A DNA stretch of 64,000 nucleotides from an uncultured Clostridium sp. GTDB lineage: Bacteria; Bacillota; Clostridia; Oscillospirales; Acutalibacteraceae. Position 1 is the stretch's first letter. Each line of letters starts with the position of its first letter. The translations under genes and the position numbers were made by a program. Below the pieces are notes generated by a model, which saw only the letters and a program-made list of their open reading frames with translations, did not search any database and was not told where the DNA came from. Positions 30,390 to 38,755 of this stretch are shown here, one piece after another. The DNA is taken from NCBI GenBank assembly GCA_902471875.1, contig CABRLN010000004.1, forward strand, positions 7,678-71,677. The letters run 5' to 3'.

Positions 30390-30782
30390 TTACAAATACT
30401 TTACAACATTCTGCATCTTATTGCATACAAACAGAATAGGCAAGGTTAAAAATCCCCATAATACACTATAAATTGGGCAAATTTGTCCCCATAGATTAAG
30501 CGGTACACCTGAATAGTCCCAAACGTTCATTTTAAACTGTATATTTACAATACAACCTACAATAAGCTCAATGCCTGTTATAACACCTGAACCAATTATG
30601 CATTTATAAATGGTTTTTAGCTTTTTAAATTTGAAAAATATTCTAAACAGGGTAATAAAACAAATGCCTCCGGTTATAATCATTGTCCAGTGTGTACGGT
30701 GACGCCACAAAAGCTCAATAGCACCATAGGCAAGTCCTCCTATTGAAAAAAGCATAGTATCTTCTTTAACTCGTTTAAGCAT
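30390..30782 (-). CDS. Small polytopic membrane protein (putative ABC-transporter type IV / CmpB-like family)
   Basis: 130 aa with 4 predicted TM segments. GLAYGAIELLWR resembles that family. The start (M1 versus M10) is uncertain. Confidence 0.6.
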   Translation of the reverse strand: MLKRVKEDTMLFSIGGLAYGAIELLWRHRTHWTMIITGGICFITLFRIFFKFKKLKTIYKCIIGSGVITGIELIVGCIVNIQFKMNVWDYSGVPLNLWGQICPIYSVLWGFLTLPILFVCNKMQNVVKYL

Positions 30783-30822
30783 AAAAAATCACCATTGTTA
30801 TTATTAACAATGATGATTTTTT
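30783..30822 (-). terminator. Intrinsic terminator after the CNNM/CorC gene
   Basis: Hairpin AAAAAATCACCATTGTTA/TAACAATGATGATTTTTT with a T6 run on the minus strand that directly abuts the next start codon. Confidence 0.7.
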
Positions 30823-30923
30823 TATGCTGTAAATATTAGGGTATTTGTAAAGCTAAAACTATGAAGAAACAAATAACCCTTTTTACTTTTATAATTATTT
30901 AACACGAATAAAATATAAGTTTT

Positions 30924-32192
30924 TTAGTTTTTTGTATTTTCCGGTATATATACTACCTTAACATTCTCAACCCTTTGCTCAGTTGTTGAAATTACCGTAA
31001 AGCTTAATGTGTCTTTATATGTGAAGCTATCTCCGGATTCAGGAATATCACCAAGATTTTCCATTACCCAGCCGCCAACTGAAACGCTGTCGCTTATAAT
31101 GTAGTCTTCTCTCAAATTTAAAAGCTCAAGCATTGCAGATATGTTCATATCACCGCTTATGCTATATGTGGTGTCGCTTATTTTTCTGTATTCAGGAGTT
31201 TCATCTTCATCTTCGTCCCAAATATCTCCCACAATTTCTTCTAATAAATCTTCCATAGTTATTATACCCAGTGTTCCGCCGTAGTCGTCGGTAACAATGG
31301 CAATATGATGTCGTTGCTTTTTGAATTCAGCCAATGCAACAGACAATTTTTTTGTTTTGTAAATAAAAAAAGCAGACTTTATTAGTTTTTTTATGTCAGG
31401 CTGTTTGCCTGCTATAAGTGCTTCCAAATAATCTCTTGTGTGTAAAATACCAATAACGTTATCAATACTGTCTTTATACACAGGAATACGAGAAAAGCGT
31501 TCTTCTATTATAAGCTTTTTAATTTTATCTTCTGTGTCATTAATATCAATAGCTGTAATGTCAACACGGGGAGTAATAACCTCCTGTACAGTTTTTTCAT
31601 CAAAATCAAGTGCTGACTGTACCAGTTCTTTCTCTTGCTGTTCAAGAACGCCCTCTTGTTCACTTGTACCAATAAGAACCTTTAATTCGTCTTCGGTAAC
31701 AGAGGGTTGAGAATTTCCTTTTGTAAAAATTTTCAGCGCCAGTGATTTTAAAGCGATAAAAAAGAATACCAAAGGTGACAGTATTGTTATAAGCACCAAA
31801 AGTATTTTTGCTGTACCCAGGCAAAATACCTCGGCTTTTTCTTTTGCAAGACATTTTGGAATTATCTCACCAAAGGTTAATACAAGCAAGGTTACTACGC
31901 CCGTACTTATTGCTGCACCGGCGTCACCAAATAAATTCATACACAGAACCGTTGCTACCGATGAACAACCTATATTAACAATATTATTTCCAATAAGTAT
32001 GGTGGTAAGTGCTTTGTCATAGTTTTCGGTTACTTTAAGTGCGTTTTTTGCTCGTTTGCTTCCACGCTCTGCACTGTATTTTAATCTTATAGTGCTTACC
32101 GTTGAAAAAGCTGTTTCAATGGAAGAGAAAAAGGCTGAAAGAAATATGCAGACAATTATAATGACAAGCATTAATATGTCATATGTGTTCAA
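30924..32192 (-). CDS. CNNM/DUF21-CBS-CorC_HlyC family transporter-associated protein (hemolysin family)
   Basis: N-terminal 4-TM DUF21, CBS pair (VITPRVDI...IPVYKDSIDNVIGILHTRD), C-terminal CorC domain. Confidence 0.9.
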   Translation of the reverse strand: MNTYDILMLVIIIVCIFLSAFFSSIETAFSTVSTIRLKYSAERGSKRAKNALKVTENYDKALTTILIGNNIVNIGCSSVATVLCMNLFGDAGAAISTGVVTLLVLTFGEIIPKCLAKEKAEVFCLGTAKILLVLITILSPLVFFFIALKSLALKIFTKGNSQPSVTEDELKVLIGTSEQEGVLEQQEKELVQSALDFDEKTVQEVITPRVDITAIDINDTEDKIKKLIIEERFSRIPVYKDSIDNVIGILHTRDYLEALIAGKQPDIKKLIKSAFFIYKTKKLSVALAEFKKQRHHIAIVTDDYGGTLGIITMEDLLEEIVGDIWDEDEDETPEYRKISDTTYSISGDMNISAMLELLNLREDYIISDSVSVGGWVMENLGDIPESGDSFTYKDTLSFTVISTTEQRVENVKVVYIPENTKN

Positions 32193-32545
32193 TATAGTTC
32201 ACTCCAAATAAATAAAATATTTAAGAACTATTTTAACATATTATATTCATTAAATCCATATATAAATAAAAAATTAATATGTTATTCTGTCAGGCTTTAA
32301 AGTGTTATATTAAAATAATAAATATAAAAAGGTGAATAGATTATTGTAAAAGATGGTATAATTTTTAAGTAATACTGAAAATTATAGTTATACATAAAAA
32401 TGTTTTAAGATGTATTTAAAGATATTTATTATATTATTCTCAAAAAATTTTATTTGATTACAGCAGAACGATACAAAGTTATAAAATATTATAAAAAATG
32501 GGCTTTAATCTATTTAACTTTTTATATAAATGTTTTTCTAAATAC

Positions 32546-32574
32546 TTTTATATTCTTTTTATTTATGTTATAAT
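32546..32574 (+). promoter_or_regulatory. Candidate extended -10 promoter for the cpsB/BY-kinase cassette
   Basis: TGtTATAAT at 32566-32574 with a weak -35 TTTTAT 17 nt upstream, about 37 nt before the cpsB ATG. Confidence 0.45.
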
Positions 32575-32610
32575 TTAGAGTAATGTAGTAAAAGATAGGA
32601 AGATTATTCA

Positions 32611-33357
32611 ATGACTGATTTGCATACTCACATATTATATGATGTTGATGATGGTTCAGATAGCTTTGAAATGTCTATGGCTATGCTTGAAATTGCCGGT
32701 AAATTCGGTACTAAAAATATAGTGTTAACACCTCATTGTAATATTCCTGGCGGTTATTTAAACTATATGAATGATGTTATAATAGGCAGATTTGAAAAAA
32801 TAAAAAATGAAGTAAAAAAAAGAGAATTAGATATTAATGTTTACTTGGGTATGGAGGTTTACGCAAGTAACGATATTGTAGATTTAGTTGCAGGCGGTAT
32901 GGCAATTACACTTAATTCATCACGCTATTTGTTAACTGAGTTTGCTTTTGAAGAAGACCCGCTGTGGGTTAGCAACATTCTTGGTAAAATACAGAGCACA
33001 GGCTTGGTGCCTGTGTTGGCACATCCTGAAAGATACACATATGTTCAAAGATTTCCTCAAATGGTTTACGATTGGGTGAATAGTGGTTGCGTAATTCAAA
33101 TTAACAGGGGAAGTTTGTTGGGTAAGTTTGGAGAGCGTGTAAAAAATACGGCTGCGTTATTGTTGTCGCATAATTTGGTGCATATTGTTGCAAGTGACGG
33201 TCATAAGCCGTATCATAGAGCACCGGTTTTAAATGATGCTTATGATTGGACAGTAAAACATTGCGGCGTTAAAAGAGCAAATAAGCTTTTTAAAGAAAAT
33301 CCTGAGTGTGTTCTAAAAAACAAAAAACTTGAAATGCTTAAAACAAAGCAATTTTAA
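32611..33357 (+). CDS. cpsB: CpsB/YwqE-type PHP-family protein-tyrosine phosphatase
   Basis: MTDLHTHILYDVDDGSDS, TPHCN, LAHPERY and IVASDGH align block for block with streptococcal CpsB metal-binding motifs. Confidence 0.93.
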   Translation: MTDLHTHILYDVDDGSDSFEMSMAMLEIAGKFGTKNIVLTPHCNIPGGYLNYMNDVIIGRFEKIKNEVKKRELDINVYLGMEVYASNDIVDLVAGGMAITLNSSRYLLTEFAFEEDPLWVSNILGKIQSTGLVPVLAHPERYTYVQRFPQMVYDWVNSGCVIQINRGSLLGKFGERVKNTAALLLSHNLVHIVASDGHKPYHRAPVLNDAYDWTVKHCGVKRANKLFKENPECVLKNKKLEMLKTKQF

Positions 33358-33379
33358 TTTTTTAAGGTAAGGAGATTAT

Positions 33380-33982
33380 ATGAAAAGAATAATTAGAAAT
33401 AGTATCATAAGATACATATGTATGATATTAATTTTAATATTTTTATTTGGTGCTTTTGGTGTTTATTATTATAATAATAAAAGAAAAATTCAAAATTATC
33501 CGGTTATTACGTTTTCGGATAATTATAAAACCAGCGTCAGCGTAAAGGTAACGGAACAAGAACTTTTAAACAATGTTACAGCCTCAGATGTTGAAGATGG
33601 TGATTTGACAAATGATATTATTATAGAACAAATGTCAAACCTTATAAAAGGAAACAGACGGGAGGTTGTTTTTGTAGTTTGTGATTCTGATAATAATGTT
33701 ACGAAGGTAACGAAAGAAATTACTTATACAGATTATCAAAAGCCTGTAATTACATCTATTGAAAAAGTACCTGTTATAAAAGAAAGAAAGTACGCTGATA
33801 TTCTTTCTTGCTTTAAGGCTACTGATGTTATTGACGGCGATATAAGTGACAAAATAAGAATTGACAGTATTGACACAAGTAAAGATAGTATTAACAAAGG
33901 CGTATTTCCGGTTATGCTTTCTGTTACAAACAGCTGTGGAGATATATCATATCTTGAAACATCTGTTACATTAATAGAATGA
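33380..33982 (+). CDS. Membrane-anchored protein with two Ig-like (DUF5011-like) repeats
   Basis: N-terminal signal-anchor (ICMILILIFLFGAFGVYYY). Two repeats of about 75 aa each start with PVIT and contain D(V/I)xDGD(L/I)(T/S)(N/D)(D/K)I. Starts 22 nt after cpsB. Confidence 0.7.
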   Translation: MKRIIRNSIIRYICMILILIFLFGAFGVYYYNNKRKIQNYPVITFSDNYKTSVSVKVTEQELLNNVTASDVEDGDLTNDIIIEQMSNLIKGNRREVVFVVCDSDNNVTKVTKEITYTDYQKPVITSIEKVPVIKERKYADILSCFKATDVIDGDISDKIRIDSIDTSKDSINKGVFPVMLSVTNSCGDISYLETSVTLIE

Positions 33983-33998
33983 TGGAGGGCGTATCGAT

Positions 33999-35447
33999 AT
34001 GAAAAGCTTGAATGAAGTTATGAAGGAACAAAACAAAAATTATTCTTTTGATATTGTCAGTACCCTTAAGGATATTTTTAGAAACTGGTTTATTGTTCTT
34101 ATTGTTGGTATTGTTGCCGGAATGGGCAGCTTTATTGTAACTACTCAAATGTACAAGCCGCAGTACAGTGCATCAATTACATTGTTGGTGCAAAGCAAAA
34201 CTAACAGTCAGAATGTCTATGATAGTTTAACTGCAACAACAAAGCTGGCAGGTGTTTTTAAAAATATTCTAGATAGCAGTCAGCTTCAAAATGCAGCTGC
34301 AGAATCATTAGGTTATAGTCAATTTCCGGGTACTTTGTCGTGTTCTATTGTAGAAGAAACCAATATTCTTTCGTTTTCAGTAAAGTCAGATTCGCCAATA
34401 AAGTCATACAGGTTATTAAACGCTGTGCTTGACAGTTACCCTCAATTTACAAAAAATGTAGTTTCAAGTATTGTGCTGCAAACTTTAGAGGAGCCTGTTG
34501 TGCCTGTTTCACCTGATAATAATTCAAATGCAACACGGTCAATGATGCTTGGCTTTTTAATTGGAATATTATTAACTGTTGCTATTATAGCAGTACTATC
34601 ATACTACAAGGATACTATAAAGAAAGAAAGTGACATAGAGAAAAAGCTGAATGTTAAAAGAGTAGTTTCAATTCCAAAACAGAAAAAGAAAATAAGCTTT
34701 AAAGAAAAAATAAAGGGTGTTAAAAAATCTTTGTCGTTAGCTAACCCTGTAATTAGCTTTGAATTTAGAGAATCTTTTAAAAAACTAAGGCGTATTATTG
34801 TATCCGATAGTAAAAACAATAGTCATAAGGTGTTTTCGGTAACAAGTTCTTTGGAAAACGAAGGCAAGACAACCATAGCTGTTAACGTTGCCATGGTTTT
34901 AGGTAAGATGGATTACAAGGTGCTGCTGATTGATGCCGATTTAAGAAAGCCTGCAGTGACAAAATTCCTTGATAAAAAGCTTCCTGAAGGAAAAGAGCTT
35001 ACAGATTTTTTGAATGGTAATGCACGTCTTTCAGACATAATGCATTATGATGAAATAAACAATATTACAGTAGCAGGCTGTAACAAGGGTACAACATTAG
35101 CAAATGAACTTGTTACATCAGACAAAATGGAATATTTGTTTTCTGTTGGCAGAGAAAAATATGATTATGTAATTGTTGATACTTCTCCGCTAGGTTTTGT
35201 TTCTGACGCAGAAGATGTTTTAAGTATTAGTGATTCCGCTTTGTTAGTGGTAAGAAGAGACATTGCCAATGCACTTACAATTAATGATACTGTTGATATA
35301 ATTTTAAGTACAGGTGTTAAGCTTTTGGGTTGTGTTTACAATGATTCTGAAGCTGTTAAGTTGACAGGAAATAATATTAATTACAGCAGCTATGGCGGTT
35401 ATGGTTATGGAAAATATGGTTATGGCTATGGTACAGCAGGTAAATAG
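33999..35447 (+). CDS. Fused Wzz-type chain-length-determinant/BY-kinase (tyrosine autokinase), paralog 1
   Basis: TM1, extracellular loop of about 130 aa, Pro-rich PCP motif PVVPVSPD, TM2. Kinase motifs: Walker A ENEGKTT, A' LLIDADLRKP, B YVIVDTSP. C-terminal Tyr cluster YSSYGGYGYGKYGYGYG. Confidence 0.9.
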   Translation: MKSLNEVMKEQNKNYSFDIVSTLKDIFRNWFIVLIVGIVAGMGSFIVTTQMYKPQYSASITLLVQSKTNSQNVYDSLTATTKLAGVFKNILDSSQLQNAAAESLGYSQFPGTLSCSIVEETNILSFSVKSDSPIKSYRLLNAVLDSYPQFTKNVVSSIVLQTLEEPVVPVSPDNNSNATRSMMLGFLIGILLTVAIIAVLSYYKDTIKKESDIEKKLNVKRVVSIPKQKKKISFKEKIKGVKKSLSLANPVISFEFRESFKKLRRIIVSDSKNNSHKVFSVTSSLENEGKTTIAVNVAMVLGKMDYKVLLIDADLRKPAVTKFLDKKLPEGKELTDFLNGNARLSDIMHYDEINNITVAGCNKGTTLANELVTSDKMEYLFSVGREKYDYVIVDTSPLGFVSDAEDVLSISDSALLVVRRDIANALTINDTVDIILSTGVKLLGCVYNDSEAVKLTGNNINYSSYGGYGYGKYGYGYGTAGK

Positions 35448-35461
35448 GGGGGTGAAGCATT

Positions 35462-37006
35462 TTGAATAATAAATTTGAATCTGAGAACAGCTACCATTAC
35501 ATTTCATTTGGTGAAATATTACTAAGAGTACTTAACGGAGCAAAAAAACACTGGTGGCTAATTGCAATATTGGCAGGTATATTGTCACTTTCTTTTGTTT
35601 TTTATTCATATAGGAACTATGTGCCGCAGTACAAGGCAACCGCTACATTTACCGTTTCTCCAAGAGATACCAATATTTCGTCTTATTCAAGTACCTCAAG
35701 CAGTGCTTCTACCTTACAACTAGAAAAGACGTTTCCTTATATTATTACCAGTGCTCCTCTTACCAATGTGGTAACTGAAGATTTGGGGCTTTCGTCAATG
35801 CCGGGTTCTATTACGGCAACTGCAGTTGAAGATACAAATCTTTTTACAATTACGGTAACTTCAAGTAACTATGAAATGGCTTATAATGTGCTAAAGTCGG
35901 TAATTAATAATTATCCCAGTGTAGCAGAATATGTTGTTGGTGCAACAGACATTGTTTTGGTTGTACCGCCTTCGGCATCATCTGAGCCTGTTAACAGTGT
36001 TTCATACCGCAATTGGGCAGTAATTGGTGCCGGTGCGGGCATTATAATGGCTTTGGTTATAATTTTAATTTTAGAAATGTTTAATGTTACAGTTCGCCGT
36101 CCTGATGATATAGAATCTTTGCTTAATAACGAAAGAATAGGATCTATTGTTAAAGTGGTACGAAAAAAGAGCAGTAATGCTACTGACATAATTTCTATTG
36201 ACAATGTTCATGCAGATGGAAGATTTAAAGAATCAATTTTCTCTATAAGAAATAAAATCATAAAGAAATGCAAAGATAATAAGATTAATTCAATAATGAT
36301 AGCAAGTACCGCTACTGATGAAGGCAAAACTACAATATCGGCAAATTTGGCTGTTTCATTTGCCAAAAAACATTATAGAACAGTCATTATTGATTGTGAT
36401 TTAAGAAATCCGTCATTAAGGAAGCAGATGAGTATTCCCGATAATTGCAGTTTAGGTATAGTAGATGTTATTACAGGTAAATGCAATCTTGAAGATGCAA
36501 TTGTTAAACTGAAAAAGAACGGTTTATATGTCCTGCCAGGTACTGAGTCTGTAAGTAATGCGTCGGAGCTTATGGGCAGCAAACAGCTTGCCGAGCTTAT
36601 TGAGGCACTTGAGAGAATGTTTGATTATGTTATTATTGACGTACCGCCTGTAGGAATTGTAGCCGATGCACTTGAACTTAAAGACACTGTTGGTGGTCTT
36701 GTATTTGTTGTAAGACAAGATTATGTAAAGGTTAACAGAATATTAGACTCTATAAGTTTGTTTGGTTCAAGTAAAATTCAAGTTTTAGGTTGTATATTTA
36801 GTATGGCGTCGGGAGTATTTGGCTCTAAAGGATATGGAAGGTACGGTTATAACAGTTATGGTTCATATGGAATGTATGGCAGTGGATATTACCGTGGAAA
36901 GTATGGTTATGGCAGGTACGGCGGTTATGAAAGTTATGCAGATGATAGTAATGATGATGGCACTGAAGATTTTGACCAAACAATAGAAAAAAACGAAACA
37001 AATTAA
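35462..37006 (+). CDS. Fused Wzz-type chain-length-determinant/BY-kinase (tyrosine autokinase), paralog 2
   Basis: Same architecture as paralog 1. Walker A TDEGKTT, A' VIIDCDLRNP, B YVIIDVPP. Long GY-rich tail followed by an acidic end. TTG start 6 nt after a GGGGGTGA SD. Confidence 0.88.
   Translation: MNNKFESENSYHYISFGEILLRVLNGAKKHWWLIAILAGILSLSFVFYSYRNYVPQYKATATFTVSPRDTNISSYSSTSSSASTLQLEKTFPYIITSAPLTNVVTEDLGLSSMPGSITATAVEDTNLFTITVTSSNYEMAYNVLKSVINNYPSVAEYVVGATDIVLVVPPSASSEPVNSVSYRNWAVIGAGAGIIMALVIILILEMFNVTVRRPDDIESLLNNERIGSIVKVVRKKSSNATDIISIDNVHADGRFKESIFSIRNKIIKKCKDNKINSIMIASTATDEGKTTISANLAVSFAKKHYRTVIIDCDLRNPSLRKQMSIPDNCSLGIVDVITGKCNLEDAIVKLKKNGLYVLPGTESVSNASELMGSKQLAELIEALERMFDYVIIDVPPVGIVADALELKDTVGGLVFVVRQDYVKVNRILDSISLFGSSKIQVLGCIFSMASGVFGSKGYGRYGYNSYGSYGMYGSGYYRGKYGYGRYGGYESYADDSNDDGTEDFDQTIEKNETN
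36830..36937 (+). repeat. Gly/Tyr-rich low-complexity coding tract (BY-kinase 2 tyrosine cluster)
   Basis: The translation GYGRYGYNSYGSYGMYGSGYYRGKYGYGRYGGYESY has 13 Tyr in 36 residues, counted from the supplied ORF. Confidence 0.9.
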
Positions 37007-37211
37007 ATATTTATGCTAAAAACCATTTAAACAGAGTATAACTTAGCTGTAAAATTTGCCCGGTACAGCATTTTCTGATTAATAGTTAACAACCAGTCTG
37101 TGCCGGTGTTATTGTACTGAAAAAATTTACAGAATAATCTATTACATGTACATGCTTCTAATGGTATTTAGCATTATTTTAGCAAGTTAAATATTTTTAT
37201 GGAGGTTAATC

Positions 37212-38066
37212 ATGAATAAGGTTATTAAATTTGGTATAAATTTTTTAGCAGTCATATCAATTATCACAGTTGTAATTTTAATTTGCTTTGCTGACAATTT
37301 GTTTGCTGTTGACAGTTCAGGTAATGTTATTAAGAATACGGGGAATTCAGTGTATATATCTTTTGAAACAGACCCTTTAATATTGGATGGTACAGATATT
37401 AACTTGATGGATGGGGTAACTGCTACAGACTCACAAGGTAACGATGTTATTGGTTTGGTAAATGCTTCTGTTGTAAATGATAATGAGGACAAAGCAATAA
37501 TGTACAGTGTTAATGATTCTGATTATGAATTAGAAACTACCAAAAGAGGTTTACAGCTTACAAATTATAAAGGACCGTCTATAGCTATTAAAAAGACTAC
37601 ATATACCTGTGATATTAACGAAATTAATTCTTATATTAAATCGTTAATAGAGGCAAAGTCTATTGTTGCAAAAGACGGTTATGGCAATGACATATCTTCA
37701 AGTGTATATGTTGACCCTTATGTTCAAATAAAAAAGCCGGGAAAACAAAATATAGAATTAACTGTAAAAAATATATTTTCTGACGTTGCAAAAAGAAATA
37801 TTAGTATTACCATAACAGGTTCACTTAATGAAACAAAAGTAACCCTGTCAACAGAAACAACAACTGTTAAGAAAGGTACTATGTTAGACCCTGCAAGATA
37901 TATTGTAAATGCTGTTGATGAAGATGGTAAGGATATTAAGGATCAAATAGTATTTGACAACCAGGTTGATGTAAATACACCGGGAAGATATAATATTTAT
38001 TATTATATTTCAGGTAAGGATAATGAGACACCTGCCGCTACGTTAACAGTAGTAGTAACTGAATAA
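37212..38066 (+). CDS. Membrane-anchored protein with three Ig-like (DUF5011-like) repeats
   Basis: N-terminal TM (FLAVISIITVVILICFA). Repeats contain TATDSQGNDV, AKDGYGNDISSSV...PGKQNIELTV and AVDEDGKDIKDQIV...TPGRYNIYYY. GGAGG SD present. Confidence 0.7.
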   Translation: MNKVIKFGINFLAVISIITVVILICFADNLFAVDSSGNVIKNTGNSVYISFETDPLILDGTDINLMDGVTATDSQGNDVIGLVNASVVNDNEDKAIMYSVNDSDYELETTKRGLQLTNYKGPSIAIKKTTYTCDINEINSYIKSLIEAKSIVAKDGYGNDISSSVYVDPYVQIKKPGKQNIELTVKNIFSDVAKRNISITITGSLNETKVTLSTETTTVKKGTMLDPARYIVNAVDEDGKDIKDQIVFDNQVDVNTPGRYNIYYYISGKDNETPAATLTVVVTE

Positions 38067-38072
38067 TTATGC

Positions 38073-38103
38073 AAACACCGTAGTAAGACTGCGGTGTTTT
38101 TGT
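38073..38103 (+). terminator. Intrinsic terminator closing the cassette
   Basis: Hairpin AAACACCGTAG-taaga-CTGCGGTGTTT followed by a T-run. Confidence 0.85.
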
Positions 38104-38170
38104 TATATGTTTGGTATTGGTAATATTAGACCATGCCTAACAATTATCATAATTTAGCTGTTGCTATATC

Positions 38171-38252
38171 AAAATTAAGGCGTATATGAAAAGTTTGAAA
38201 TATGTTTAAAACCAAATTATATAACATATTTCTTAATTTTCACATACGCCTT
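38171..38252 (-). terminator. Long imperfect hairpin terminator downstream of dut
   Basis: Arms AAGGCGTATATGAAAA...GAAATATGTT and AACATATTTC...TTTTCACATACGCCTT (one mismatch, small bulge), followed on the minus strand by AATTTT. Confidence 0.6.
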
Positions 38253-38264
38253 CATATAATTAAA

Positions 38265-38702
38265 TTATTTACCTGTTGAGCCAAATCCTCCGGTGTTGCG
38301 TACAGTTTCATCAAGATTTTCTGTAACTACAACATTTGGTATGCACACCGGCATAACAACCATTTGTGCAATTCTGTCGTTAGGATTAACTGTGTAGTTT
38401 ACGTTACTACTGTTTTGCAAAATAACGCATAGCTCGCCACGGTAGTCACTGTCAATTACTCCTACTCCGTTTGCGAGTGAAATTCCATGTTTTATGCCTA
38501 AGCCACTTCTTGCAAACATGAATATACCATATTGATTGCTTGGTAGCTCTACAGCAATACCTGTAGGTATTGTAACACGCTGACCTGCATTTATTGTAAC
38601 AGGCTTTGTAATGCAGGCGTGTAAGTCCATACCTGCCGAACCTTCGGTTGCTCTTACAGGAATTATTGCGTTATCTTTTAGTTTTTTTATTTTTAAATCC
38701 AT
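38265..38702 (-). CDS. dut: dUTP diphosphatase
   Basis: 145 aa trimeric dUTPase motifs: ATEGSAGMDL, ARSGL, GVIDSDYRGE, RIAQ, GGFGSTG. Confidence 0.96.
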   Translation of the reverse strand: MDLKIKKLKDNAIIPVRATEGSAGMDLHACITKPVTINAGQRVTIPTGIAVELPSNQYGIFMFARSGLGIKHGISLANGVGVIDSDYRGELCVILQNSSNVNYTVNPNDRIAQMVVMPVCIPNVVVTENLDETVRNTGGFGSTGK

Positions 38703-38755
38703 TGTGTTTCTCCGTTTTTAGGGTTGATATGTTTTTATATAATATTATTTATTGT

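Noticed and set aside
38171-38252. Imperfect inverted repeat of about 80 nt between the cassette and dut, considered as a MITE or recombination site.
   Set aside because: I found no second copy in the window and no flanking direct repeats. On the minus strand it is followed by a T-run just beyond the dut stop, so it is adequately explained as the dut terminator.
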